DNA of 64,000 nucleotides, taken from the NCBI GenBank assembly GCA_036172245.1, contig JAYWIR010000004.1, forward strand, positions 2,728,001 to 2,792,000, given 5' to 3'. Source of the stretch: Raillietiella orientalis (Eukaryota). The notes below the pieces were generated by a model that searched no databases, was not told the origin of the DNA, and saw nothing but the letters and a program-made list of their open reading frames with translations. The stretch's first letter is position 1. Every line of letters begins with the position of its first letter. This document shows, piece by piece, positions 11,431-23,369 of the stretch. The position numbers were made by a program, and so were the translations under genes.

Positions 11431-13368
11431 ATGCCACCAAAATCGCAAACTTGGAAAGAGAGAGTCAAGTCGTCGAAAAAATCCTCCAGGGCGTCAGCGT
11501 GGGTGATTCCAGTTCCCGGAGATGAAAGCTCTTCAAGCAGCAGTTCAGAAGATGATATAGCTCAGATGCCCGATTTGACGCACATAGATTTGCCTCCTGA
11601 TTACTGGCAGATTCAGAAGTTGGTACGTTACGTAAAAACTGGAAATCCAACTGCTACTTTGATCGCCCTCTGTGGTCTCAAAGATTATGATTTGCGCACA
11701 GAGATCAATCAAATGGCCGTGAAAGACGCTGGTGGTCTGGAAGTGTTGTTGAACATACTAGACTGCGAAGGTGAGAATAGTTGTCGAATTGGAGCCTTGC
11801 AGCTCCTCTGTGATTTATGCAGTCAGCCATACATCCGACTGTACATAACAGATATTGCAGGATTGCCGCCGATCGTTCGCACTCTTTTTGATGAGTCTAC
11901 GCAACTTCAAGCATTAGCTGCCGACACCATCGCCAATGCAGCAAGATTTCGCTGGGCGCGCGATGCGGTCAGGGAACACGGCGGCATAGAAAGATTAGTG
12001 GACTTGCTGGACGCTTCGTCCAGAGAAGTTCAGAGGAGCGCTGCACAAGCACTGTGGTCCTTGTCTCCTTCTCGTTGTGCCCGCGCCGCCATCCGTCGAG
12101 CGGGCGGTGTGCCTCTGTTAGCTCGGTTGTTGAAAACGACAAACGCCGAAGTGCTCATTCCAGTTGTGGGGATCATTCGGGAGTGCGCTAGCGATCGCAG
12201 CTACCAACTGGAGTTCCGGACGGAAGGCATGATTCGTGAACTGGTCTCTAACCTACATGTGCCGAATTTGGAACTGTGCGGTCACTGCGCCTCGGCCATC
12301 TACCGCTGTGCAGCCGATGCCGAGACGAGAGCTCTTGTCAGGCATCACGGCGGCCTGCAGCCTCTTGTTGAATTGCTGCAGTATGAAAACAATGCTGAAT
12401 TGGTGGCAGCGGCAACGGGTGCCATTTGGATGTGCTCCATGGATCCGGACAGCATGCAGATTCTAGTAGATTTGGGAATTATTGGAAAACTTGTATCACT
12501 GCTCCAGAGCCCTCACGAGGAGCTGTTAGTGAACGCAGTTGGTGCTCTGAATGAGCTGTGCATTTATGGAGATAATCGAGTGGTAATACGAAGGTTGGGA
12601 GGCATCACTCGCTTAGTGGCGTTCTTGACCAGCACCAACGTACGACTACTGATTAACTCGGCGTTAGCGCTGGGAGGACTAGCGAATGATCCTGAAGTCA
12701 TGGTGCAGATTGAACAAGTTGATGGGGTGCGCCTTTTGTGGTCTCTCATGAAAAATTCTCATCCGGAGGTGCAAGCTGCAGCTGCGAAGGCAATCTGCCC
12801 TTGTGTCCGAAATGCTCGAGATTCAGCAGAAATGGTACGCAGTTTCGTTGGAGGACTGGAAGTCATAGTGGGTCTCTTGAAATCGCCTCATATTCCTGTG
12901 CTGTCTGCGGCTGCAGAAGCGTTGTCAGAGATCGCTTCCGATGACGAAAACCTGTCCGTGCTGACTGATCATGGAGCGGTTCATTTACTGGCTCGTCTAG
13001 CCAGTCACTCGGATCCGACACTCCGCAAGAACGTAGCTAACGCTATTGCCCAGTGCTGTTCCCAAACTGATAACAGCCGCCTTTTCGGAGAAGAAAACGC
13101 TGTTGCTCCTTTGGTCAGTTATCTGAGAAGCAATGACTTGGATGTCAGACGAGCGGGAACAAAGGCTCTATATTATCTGTCTCTCTACAGCCGCAACTGC
13201 GTCACCATGCACCAGCATGGTGTCTTGGATCTCCTCCTTGAACTTATGGCTAGCCCTGATGAACAGCTCAAAAAACATGCCGCTGGATGCTTGCAGAATG
13301 TGCGCCATCTCGCTTTGAGCGCTGAGCGCCGTCATCTCGAAAGATTAGCTCGGCAGAAACTGAATTAA
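11431..13368 (+). CDS. ODAD2: Outer dynein arm docking complex subunit 2 / armadillo repeat-containing protein 4 (ARMC4; Drosophila gudu-like), single-exon CDS, 645 aa
   Basis: Uninterrupted ATG..TAA ORF with normal amino-acid composition and tandem ARM repeats (GGLEVLLNIL, GGIERLVDLL, GGVPLLARLL, GGLQPLVELL, GGITRLVAFL). Family-diagnostic segments recognised from ARMC4: 'DLPPDYWQIQKLVRYVKTGNPTATLIALC', 'DGVRLLWSLMKN', 'AEMVRSFVGGLEVIVGLLKS' and C-terminal 'AAGCLQNVRHLALSAE'. An in-frame TGA at 11422-11424 lies just upstream of the ATG. Confidence 0.93.
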   Translation: MPPKSQTWKERVKSSKKSSRASAWVIPVPGDESSSSSSSEDDIAQMPDLTHIDLPPDYWQIQKLVRYVKTGNPTATLIALCGLKDYDLRTEINQMAVKDAGGLEVLLNILDCEGENSCRIGALQLLCDLCSQPYIRLYITDIAGLPPIVRTLFDESTQLQALAADTIANAARFRWARDAVREHGGIERLVDLLDASSREVQRSAAQALWSLSPSRCARAAIRRAGGVPLLARLLKTTNAEVLIPVVGIIRECASDRSYQLEFRTEGMIRELVSNLHVPNLELCGHCASAIYRCAADAETRALVRHHGGLQPLVELLQYENNAELVAAATGAIWMCSMDPDSMQILVDLGIIGKLVSLLQSPHEELLVNAVGALNELCIYGDNRVVIRRLGGITRLVAFLTSTNVRLLINSALALGGLANDPEVMVQIEQVDGVRLLWSLMKNSHPEVQAAAAKAICPCVRNARDSAEMVRSFVGGLEVIVGLLKSPHIPVLSAAAEALSEIASDDENLSVLTDHGAVHLLARLASHSDPTLRKNVANAIAQCCSQTDNSRLFGEENAVAPLVSYLRSNDLDVRRAGTKALYYLSLYSRNCVTMHQHGVLDLLLELMASPDEQLKKHAAGCLQNVRHLALSAERRHLERLARQKLN

Positions 13369-13428
13369 AGGATCCGAGCTGTGGTAATAAAGAATTTTCA
13401 AAGAGTCTTGTTGTTTCAGTTGTGTGAG
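13364..13428 (+). terminator. Candidate cleavage/polyadenylation signal of the ODAD2 gene
   Basis: ATTAAA overlaps the stop codon (13364-13369). Canonical AATAAA at 13386-13391 is followed by a GU/U-rich tract (GTCTTGTTGTTTCAGTTGTGTG, ~13404-13426). Confidence 0.5.
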
Positions 13429-16400
13429 TAAAGATGGGTGCGAGACCAGGTCTCTCACGATGCAATATGCTCCACTTCTCGTGAGTCGGCTGCGTATGTG
13501 TAAAAACGCATACCCCCCCGTTTCTCAGTCAGAAAATTCCACCGAAACATTCCTGTGGGAACAGATGCAATGGGATTTTCTCTATTCATATGTTTACACT
13601 TGAATGACGTGGAGACAACTCTTGGTCGCACAAAAAAATAAGGGGCGCAAACCCTCGAATAAATGCTGCGCTCTCCACCTGCGAAATCAAATCGGCGTTA
13701 CGAAGAGGACAGTATTAATTATTGCGTACGCCAATATTGGTACAGCACATTTCCCCGTTCATATAAAAATAGATGCCAGGCGCTTCATATTTTGAACACT
13801 TTCCAGTATCATTTCAATTTGCTTCGCATACGAATGACGTTTTCCGAGAAACATTCATCACACGAGCTTGAAGAATGTTTGGAAAGCGGCAAATGTTTCC
13901 TCAGAAATTTAGCTTTCAAAAATACCGAAAATTCCTCTAGCAGACCAAAGATCTCGTTGCTGCTCTCTTGGTTGCTTCTCCAAATCCATTTTTTTTTTTT
14001 TTTTCCTCTTTTTTCTCCTGCAGCGCAGAACGAACCCTGTTGATGATCACCAACTCTAACGCCTCTTTCTCGATAACAGGAAGGAAACAAAGGATGAATA
14101 AAGAGACTATAAATCACCTACAGATTGATCAAACCTAGGAAACATGGGATTAAAAATAATGAGGTGTGCTTTTTCCCTCCGTGTGTGTGTTTTAATTTAT
14201 TGCAAACATCTCGAATTTGTTAATGAAGCTGATGATGTAAAGAATGGAAAGAGTTATTTCATTCTGGAACCTCTTTAAATAAAAATGCAGACAGTTTCAT
14301 GACGTGCATGAATATCGTTGCCGTTATGACTTCAGAAACGAACATTACATACTACATCGTGGGAGGAAATCTTGCGTTCCGAGTGCACCGGAACGTTCAG
14401 GATGTTGTCCTTCCCGTTTCGTGAATCACCTCGTCCACTCTGTACGATACCGGATCGGGCCGAGCAGTCGCTACCCCATGACTAGCAGTGTGATTCTCAG
14501 GGTACTCCAGGATGTCCTGGCCGAAAAGGAAAGTTCACTCTTGGATAACAGCAGGCCATGAGGAAAAAAAGCACCATCCTGTAGGTGTGAACCCCTGCGA
14601 CATGACTGGAGAGCTCTCCTCTGCATCCCATAATCAAGTAGTGAAGAAAAGCATATCCAAATAACAGAAATAAATCGAAAATTGCCAGCCGGAAAAAAAA
14701 AAAAAAAAAAAAAAAAAACCCACAATCTGCATTAATCATGCGAAGCATCATTGTGAAGCATATCATTCCGCGTGTCGCAAAAAATGGGAGTGTATCTCTC
14801 TTTAAATTCATTCATCGTGAGTCGCACTGAAGATTTGGGAAAAGCCCCTTCACATGCCTTAAGCACGGGAGAGAGGATCCTTGCTCAAGAATTGCTTTCT
14901 GAATGATCTTCATGGTTTTTTTTTTTCTTTCCCAGAAAAATGAGCCACCTATCTGCCTGAATATGCAAATAGTGTGTGTACAACCTGGTTTTCGAGTTGG
15001 ATCAGTTTCTTGCTGTTCAGCACCGACAGTTGAATAACAGCGTGCAGCTGATCCATAATTATTCATCGCACTGTGGGTCACTCTCTACGGAGTTTGCTTT
15101 GAGACGACACCGTTTTGCATTGCATGCTGGAAAGAAAAAAAGAAATCCCTGATGCCCGAAGAGTGGATCCCCATTACTACTACCAGAATCGCCTTCTGGA
15201 AAGTGGATCTCCGGATCTCTCTCGTTTCCTCCGCAACCGAAATCCTCTTTGTAATAGTGTACAGTTAGCAAATCTGGAACGGTTTCCGCAAAAGATCTCG
15301 AGAGTGGAATAGGAATGTTTCCATAACCACGAAGAGTAATTTGTGTGTGTTTCAGTGTCCCCCCCCCCCTCTTCTTTTTTTTTGCCAAGAATATGCATAA
15401 ATAATTGGATTCCTGCCTCCTATCTTTTTTGCCAAGAACTTGGGTGCCTTTTGGATGTATGCATTCTTAAAACATGACAGATTTTTCGGAGTGTTTCATC
15501 CTCAGGTACAAGATAACGTCACGAAGTTTACTCATACGAATGATTAATCTATATCTCAGTCAAATCAAAATATAAAACTCACACTAGAAAATGATGGGCA
15601 GAAAAATGTCTGAAAGATAACGGAAACGAGGATTTGCAGCGGAAGGATCAAGGACAGTGCAACGGAGAGAAGAAAAAAGAGACAAGTCAGCCTCCGGAAT
15701 CAGAGAAATGTTCAAACAGATTCGTTTCTTCTTACAGACTGACCTGACGTGAAGTGGAAGTGGACAGTTGTTCTATCAGGTGGTAGTAAGCAGCAGATAG
15801 GCTGCTTGCCACATGTTTAATGTGGGATGCTCTCGTTTTCGGTCGAAAAGAGGGTTCAGAGATTCAGTGCTGATACGAAAAACTTCCACCGGTTCCTGAA
15901 ATGCCATTTCCTTCTTCTTCTTGTTACAATGCCCCCCATTACAGGGTTACCAGTCGTTCCTTATCTGAAAAGGCGAAATAAAATTAAGGTGGAAAGGAAA
16001 GTAGCTGCTGACCAATAGTTGTTGTTGTTGGCTACTCTTAGCTACTACTACTACTACTGAATGATTTCGTGCCGATAATCGGGCTGTGTACAAGAATAAA
16101 AGCACGATAATACGTTACTTATTTTTCGAGGGGTGAGCACTCTGGTTTTGCTTCATGACACTGATGGCTGACGGTGTTCATTGCATCATTTCAACTTACA
16201 TTATAAGGTGCTCACTCACAGTGCGAACAAGCGACCTCCACATTTTTCTTCCGGTAGCAGCTATGCTTCCCGAATCCTGAAGCGGGATACATAGGGAATC
16301 AGCCTATTCACTTTTAGGATTGGGTTTCCTGACTTGTTTCAAAAGCACGAGGGGATGCAAGTGCATCGGAAGCACTGCCAGTGGGAAAAGCTCAGTGTGT

Positions 16401-17165
16401 ACAGGAGATCGATCTTCAGATGTGATTGCAGCCTATATGAATTCGTCCTTTTAAAAACGTAAAGCGTGCTGTGGATACCCTTGTTTCCGCTCGTTGCACA
16501 AAACGTGTCTGAAATCGATTATGTATTGGGATCCAAAGTACGAGTGAATAATTCACATTTCAGCTGCAGTGCTCAATAGAAAAGCAGAGTGGATTGGGCA
16601 TTCCGTCCTTGCCCACCTCTGCTGGTTCAAAACAACCTCATTCCAGACTCGCTCCTCCAGACATCAGCACCTGCGATTTTCGTGTTCGCGTTGATTTTTT
16701 ATTTAGAAAAAGATCATTCTCGGGACCATGATCGATGATAACGCAAACAAGTTTTCCCAGATTCACGGTGTGCTCAAGGAAGTGGTTTCGACGTGTCCAA
16801 ACTGAGAAGCAAAAGGGTTTGCGTTGAACATTGAGGGAATCCGTCCTCTTATTCAACGGCGATTTTGTCCTAACGCCTCGGCATGATTTTGTCTTTTCTT
16901 CCCCCCTCTGTGAAGAATACGAGGCTGCGAAGCTTATTAATGTGCTGAAGGAATGAGCAACTCGGTTTGCCTCCGGAGTGTCTGTCACATCCGACATGCG
17001 TGTGACACACCAAAACTGCGCAATGGTTGCATCAATAAATGCATTCATTGCCTTCATCTCTTCTTCATCCGCTCTGGAAGCGCATGTCCTTTTCATTTAA
17101 AATGCACTTTTTTTTTCTTTTTTTCTTTTTTTTTTTTAAAAAAAAAAAAAAAACAAAAAAAAAAG

Positions 17166-17195
17166 GAAGAAGAAGAAGAAGAAGAAGAAGAAGAA
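17166..17195. repeat. (GAA)10 microsatellite following T- and A-tracts
   Basis: Seen directly. Confidence 0.9.
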
Positions 17196-19829
17196 ACGCT
17201 TCCAGCGTCCACATTTATATTTGGAATCGTATTGGAAAATCGCAGCGAAAGCTCGATTTCCAAACTTTTCGACCATCATGCATCATCTCCGAAATGTTTC
17301 CATCATCCGTAATCTTTCATTCCCAGCAAGACCCAGAAAGGCGCGCGCATAAACTCCAATGAAATTGGTTATTTGACAACCTTTGCCCAGTGGCAAATGA
17401 TCCGAAACCACCACACAGCTGTGCAGTTGAAATCGAAGCAGCATCCTAAAGTAGCAGAATTTAGAATTTCCTCCTTGTGTTCTTTCCATGTGCTCAGACA
17501 TCTTTGTAGCAACCATCTTCTTCCTTCAGGATGACCTTCTGTCGCCGATTTTGCTTCGGTGAACAGGGATACTTCACACCAAGGTGACTTTAAGGTTCGT
17601 CAGCTTTTCCCACTCTTTTTTCCCTTCCTTTCCTTTTAAAATAGAAGTGCTCCTCGAACATGTTGATCATTTACGCCCGACCTTCTTGTGTGTGTGTGTG
17701 TGTGTGTGTGACTGAGGCTACAGTCAGCAACAGGAAGTGAAAATGCTTTGATATCGACGTGCGATATCTTGCGCAAGGAATATTTGCCCTCCGTGGCTGA
17801 GGGGGGATAGTACACCTCGACGAAGGGAATAAGGCATCAGCATGTCACAGTCATAAAAATCATCATCGGTACATCATCACCAGATATCAGATGAATTTCG
17901 TTCCGGACCACTTTTCTAACCTTCCTTCGCTCTTCAGGTATCCATTCACTTGATGTGGCGCAGGAAACTGTATTCTTCACCTCTCTCAGCACTGCATTCC
18001 AGAAGGCAGTAGACGTCTCGGGCGGAGGTGACTAAACTGAGCGAAAAAAAGCTGAATTTGTTTCCTAATCGAGACTGTAGACCTGCTGTAGAGAAAAAAA
18101 AAAAAAAACTTCAAGTTTTAAAACTCTTAAAAGAGGAAACCTCCCCCCCCCCCCAAAAAAAAACAAAGCCTTTGTTTGCTGTACATGACTTCTGGAAAAT
18201 AAATACAATGGTTATTACGGGTTGATGTGTTTTAATAAGTCAGCAGCACCACAGCATTGTATTGGATTTTTTCGCCAGCATTCCTCCCTGTTCCTGGCAG
18301 CGGGATATCACGTTACGTCACCGGATCGATCAGAAATGACTTGTTGGCTTTCTTTGCGTGCTTCTTTGACTGCACGACGACGAGTAAGAAAAGAAGCATT
18401 GATTGATGGTACCTATGAAATGTAGGGGTTCGTTTGTTGCTTGGTAAAAAAGTTCAGAGAATAGAAAAGAATGATCTGAATGAAATCAAAGCAAAGGAAA
18501 GGACTTTGATCTCTTCCTCCTTGAGTTGTTGCAATTTATTTCATCTATTGAATTCACGAGAGTATTCACCGTCAGCCTTTATCCGAGGTCCGCTTGTTGC
18601 ATTTCTTTTTTTTCTTCCATTATTATTATTATTATTATCTCATCATTTAAAGAACATTGACCTGAGATGACGCTCGCATTTTCTTATGCGGGAAAATGGC
18701 TCCAAGGAAAATCAAGACAGTTGGTCTTCCCGCGTTCCGAGTTTCGAGGAGCCTCTGCCGTCACATGATTCGTACATTCCGTTATGTACACGCACATGTG
18801 CATGCGTTCATGGAATCCAGGAACGGGAGGACCAGGTCGAACTTTTTTTCTTCCGCGCAAAAATGCACGAACCGACGTTTTTAAATGCTGGAAGGACAGA
18901 CTGCTCGTGCGAGGCAGGATCGTAGGGCAGCTTCTTCCTTCCATGCTCGGAGCCCGTAGAAGTAAGCTCCTCCTATGCTTACATGTACGAAATGTACGTA
19001 CACACTCGGCTTTCGATTTCACGTTCTTGTTTTGGGGTTGTCCCTTTTTTCGACTGCACGAAAGGCTCATAGCCACCATTTCTTTTCACGTATAGCGGCG
19101 TTTTTCACATTTCTACTATCCTAAAATAGAGTCGTCACTTTGAATCAGAGGGATTTCTTTGCTCGGCCCACTTTTTACTTTTTTTTTTTTTTAAACACAC
19201 ACACACACACACAGTTTACCTAAACTGAAAGAGGGGGGGGGGGAATACCTATGGAACAACATCCCCAATTTCATAAGTAAGAACCGTCTCTTTGCTCGAG
19301 ATGGAAGAGAGCAAATTTATTTAATCCACCCCACAAGCCAGTCTCCGAATACAAAGTGAACATACGACGGAATCGATGACGCATGAAGTGACCATAGCAA
19401 TATGACCTATGCCTCTAAACGAAGCACAATATAAAAAATCGGCAGGAAGTAAAGCAGCACGCAACAGGAAGGATTTTCACTTCCTGATCAGCCAGAGGCC
19501 CTGTGCTTCGCGTCCGTGGAGACGTTCCCGAGCTTCAGCCAGCCTTCGACCTGGCTTTGTCCCCGAGGTTTCTAATCAACGTGGGTCCCTCCCTCCTCTC
19601 CCCGTGGGTCCATCCCATCCTTCCCGAGTGCCAGGCAGAAGGCCAGAGACCTTTCGCGTCTGATGATGCAACAAGATTGCTGTCCGGCGGGAGGAGCGGA
19701 AGACGCCGATTCGGTTGCTGCATATTTCAGCGCGAAAGACTCGCCCGCGCTGCCTAAGCCGTCTGCTGGCCGAGGGCGGACGACGGCCGCACCGTGAGCG
19801 CAGTTCCAATCAATACGAGTCTCTGGAAG

Positions 19830-20740
19830 ACCGAACCCACGTTTGTTTTCCTCGGTCTGCGCTGCGGACAAACACGTGAACTTCCGCAGACGACGTCTCT
19901 CGGGGAGCTCGGCTCTTAGCGAGGCAGGTATACCCACCGTTTGACAAAAGCATAGGGACAAACACCCTTGTCCTCCGGACAAAGCCGATGGTCTCGCTGG
20001 ATTCTTCCCATCCTCATCATTAACTGTATAACTGTCCCTCTGTGGGTCAGGTTCGGACCCGTAGCGGAGGCGGGCAGAGGCAAGGCTGAGGCAGCGCGGG
20101 ACGCAAACTCCGTGAACACACAGGAATGAAATCGGCGGCTCCCGCCCCCTCCCCCCTGCTCGATGGAAGAGTCACCGCCTCATCACATTTTGGCAAACAA
20201 TCCGCGGAGATCCACGTTGTTCTACATGCAGCTCCGCTTCTCACGTGATTCCTGGACAACATCCATCTTGAGTGCCCGCTTCCGTTGCCATCTAGCGGGC
20301 ATTTCCGGAATCTCTCCAGCTGCTCGCGGGAGCACACCTACCGTCGAACGGTAGGTCCCCCCCGTGCTGCGCTAGCAGAGACGGGCACACCTCGCTCCCA
20401 AACAACGTGCGCCTCACCTCCAGAGAGCCTCTTCCTCTCTCAACTGCGCATCGGCTCGATATGCACGGCCTCGGCTAGCCCCGTTTATGGAAGGGTCACA
20501 AGGAAGGAAGAGTTCGGGGCACGAAAACATCTTTCGAGTTTTCCGAATGAAATCGTCTCTTCGGGTTGCAGTTGGAGCCGAATGGTCGCTGCTCCCATCC
20601 ATGAGTGCGGTGGTCTCGGGCAAGAGTTTTTTTGCCTTGGCTGCTCGGCACGCTTCCATAAACGACGTTGTTTTCGCGACGACCTCCGGGAATCGGATTC
20701 ATTGCGCGCTTTAGGGATTAAGCCCTTGCCATGTTTTTTT
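19830..20740 (-). mobile_element. Decayed LINE reverse transcriptase (CR1/L2/Jockey-like)
   Basis: Minus-strand motifs in order: 'RQKNSC' (cf. GFRxxxSC), 'ETISFGKLERCFRAPNSSFLVTL' (cf. DxIFLDFxKAFDxVxHxxLLxKL), 'CRTTWISADCLPKC' (cf. WCxxWxLxLNxxKC), 'ETIGFVRR...GYTCLAKS' (cf. LGFIRR...AYxxLVRS). Confidence 0.5.
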
Positions 20741-21129
20741 TCTTTCTGCTTCGAAGCCCGAAAGGAGAGAAAGTGCGCTTCTTTCGGGATTCTGTTATTT
20801 GAGAAGGCAACCATAAATGCCATTTGATTATTTATCTATTTATCATGATACAGAGTGCTTCACAGAAGCGCCTCTGGTAGTGTTTGCATTCGCTGATAAT
20901 TCACTCAGCTTCCCCGTTTTCCTTCATTTCCCAGATGGCCGATGATATTTTCTTGCAAAAAAAAAAAGAAAGAAAGAAAGAGAGAGAAGAGGAGAAGAAG
21001 AAGAAGAAGAAGAGGAATACAAAGGTTCCACTTCTTCGGCCCTCCTTCTCCCTTATCACAAGTGCTACGGCTAGGAGCGCTCAGCGAGCTGCGCATCATC
21101 GTGGCTTGGCTAAACCATCCGAAGACAAG

Positions 21130-22000
21130 CCGCTCGCTGCCTTTGTTCCTGTTTACCGAGCGCCCTCCACAAACCGGCTGGGTCTCCCGAAGAGAAATTC
21201 CTCGTTCCCGAGCGCCGCCTTCGGAGAAAAAAGTGCTGCTCAACAGGCAACCTGTGACGGGGGAAGGGAGGCGAGGAGGAGGAAAGGGTATTGCCGAGGA
21301 CGGGGAAACCACCGCACTGACCTCAGCCAGCAGCAGCACGCTGCTGCTGACTTGTTGCACAAAAAGCGCTCGGACATCGAAGGAGATGCCGGAAAGGAGG
21401 GCGGCAATGGCTCCCCACCCCCTCTCTCGAAAAAAACAAAAAACAAACGAAAACAAACAAGCTCGAGAAGGAATCATAACATAATCCCCGACTGCCCGAC
21501 TCCGCATCCTTCGAGAGCGAGTCGCAGCAAATCAAAAAGTCTTCATCACCCGCATGCGTGGGCTGCGCTGCTGCCGGTGCGAGCGTACTCGTGCGGCGTA
21601 GGAGCGCGCTCCGGGCTACAAAAAAAAAAAAAAAATGAATGGGAGAGCGCTCGCTTTTACGATTCATTCTCGAAGAGCCTCCCGCTATTGCTAGGGGAAT
21701 ATCCCGGTGCGCCACCGGAACGGGTCATATCCCAGGCGGCGCGGAGCGCTCTTCCAGGTGCGCGAGGGATGCGGAGAGTCGAGTGACCTCGTTCGAGCTG
21801 CCGCCGGACCGCCGTTCGTTCCCAAGAAGACGAGCGCCTGCACCGGCGGTGCGCGATGGTGCAGCCCGTTCGCCACCCCGGTGCCCGCGAACGCCGTCCG
21901 GCCCTTTCGTGCAGCCGATGCCCATCCCGCGGATGTGCTCCCGGTGAACGCATGCCAGCTGTGACGGCAGAGAGAGGAAGGAAGGCCGCCGCGATCGCAT
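21130..22000 (+). mobile_element. Decayed LINE APE endonuclease and start of RT
   Basis: 'VPVYRAPS' (cf. VYRPPS), 'TTALTSASSSTLLLTC' (cf. PTRxTxxSxSxLDL) and 'AMVQPVRHPG..RP' (cf. AxVxPIxKxG..NYRP). Confidence 0.4.
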
Positions 22001-22349
22001 CGACGCAAATGTGGGCCCTCTGGCACTTTGACACGGGCATCCTAGATAATGCGAGGACACGTTCTTAAATCTTCATTAACATTTTCTTAAATAGGAAGAG
22101 AGAGAGAGAGAGAGAGAGGGACGGGGGGGGGAGGCAGGGAGGGAGGGAGAGGAACAAAAAAGGAAAAGAGCGAGGATGAGGGAAAACAAACAAACGGAAC
22201 GGCGTGCCCATCTTGAGGAATTTCGCTACGGCTTTCCTGCGGGGGTTTTCGAGGGGAGGGGTCGAGAGCGGGCGGCGGCGATCCTTTGGTCGGGCGGACA
22301 CTCCCCGTGCCGTCGCGAGGTGGTGGGGAAGGGGGGGGAGGGGGTTCCG

Positions 22350-22600
22350 GAATTTTCGCGCCTTTGTCCTTCCCGGAGGAGGAGAGAGTTGCCGCGTTTT
22401 GTTCTGCTAGGGAAACAACCCTCGCGGAGCTGCGAGCGGCGGCGCGGTGTTCCAGTTTCGAGATCCTCGAAATGGTCCAGAGGCTTTGTGTTTTTTTCCT
22501 GATCCGGAACAATGAGCCCATTTGTTCCTTGGAAATTGCAGAATCACGCAGGCAAAACATTTGCGTCACTTCCCGACGTACCTCCGCGGTATTGTCGAAG
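22350..22600 (+). mobile_element. Decayed Gypsy gag (capsid region)
   Basis: 'FAPLSFPEEERVAAFCSARETTLAELRAAARCSSFEILEMVQRLCVFFLIRN' closely follows the Gypsy gag pattern FxP...ERxxF...AELRxxAxxCxF..LEEMxRDxxVxGIxN. Confidence 0.55.
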
Positions 22601-22605
22601 AGCCG

Positions 22606-22608
<3 letters not shown>

Positions 22609-22641
<33 letters not shown>
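22609..22641. repeat. (CTG)11 microsatellite
   Basis: Seen directly. Confidence 0.95.
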
Positions 22642-22642
<1 letters not shown>

Positions 22643-23369
22643 GTAGCACATGCATCGTGGCATCGTGCGGAGGAGAGAGAGAGAAGAGGAGGAAGAAGAA
22701 AAAATCGCGTCCGTCAATCCCTTTGTTTCGTCTCACGCACTTTTGTTTTTGATCGGAGGGGAGGGGGGGGAGAATGATTCCAGTGACGAATCATTAATTG
22801 ATGACGACGTGGCTACCGCTTCGATTTTCGGATGACCTTGCACTCTGCACCTGATACTGGTAAAGTGGAGCTGCAGGCGGTACACGCCAACCCCTTCCCC
22901 CACACGCACACACACACACACACACATACAAAAGAAAAAAAAAAAAAAAAATGGGAACTTGGTGTTTCTTCGGGCTGCTGTGGTGGACTTCGATCCATCG
23001 ATCCTCCCAAGTAATTCGATAAAGCGCCGCGTGGAACGTGATGGCCGTGTCGAATTAACAAAGTGTAAAAGATTTCGAAAGAGCCCCAGATTGAGTAGGG
23101 CCGGCTGCGCCGCCCAGTTCACCCGCCGCTAGCGCGGAAAGTCGGTCGGGAAGTCGAGGTGCGCCCACTTTAAAAATCACCACCGTGCGAAATTGCTGCT
23201 GGCGCGCGCGCAGGCGACCGAGGAGGGCGAAAACGGGCGGAAGACAAAAAAAATAAAATGACATAAAACCAGCCCCGTTTCGGAGGCGGGCGGGAGGACG
23301 CAGCAGCAGAACCTCTTCGCTCCCTTTCTCTGGCTGCGCGCGATCTTCGAGCACGGGTCGCGCGGGAGC

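Noticed and set aside
18785..18801. 17-bp match TGTACACGCACATGTGC shared with 46408-46424
   Set aside because: Both lie in RY-alternating low-complexity sequence and the flanks do not align, so it is likely chance.
13500..19400. Exons of a host gene around ODAD2 in the AT-rich island (e.g. 17531-17583)
   Set aside because: Short AG..GT-bounded segments exist, but none translates to a recognisable protein. They cannot be supported without RNA-seq.
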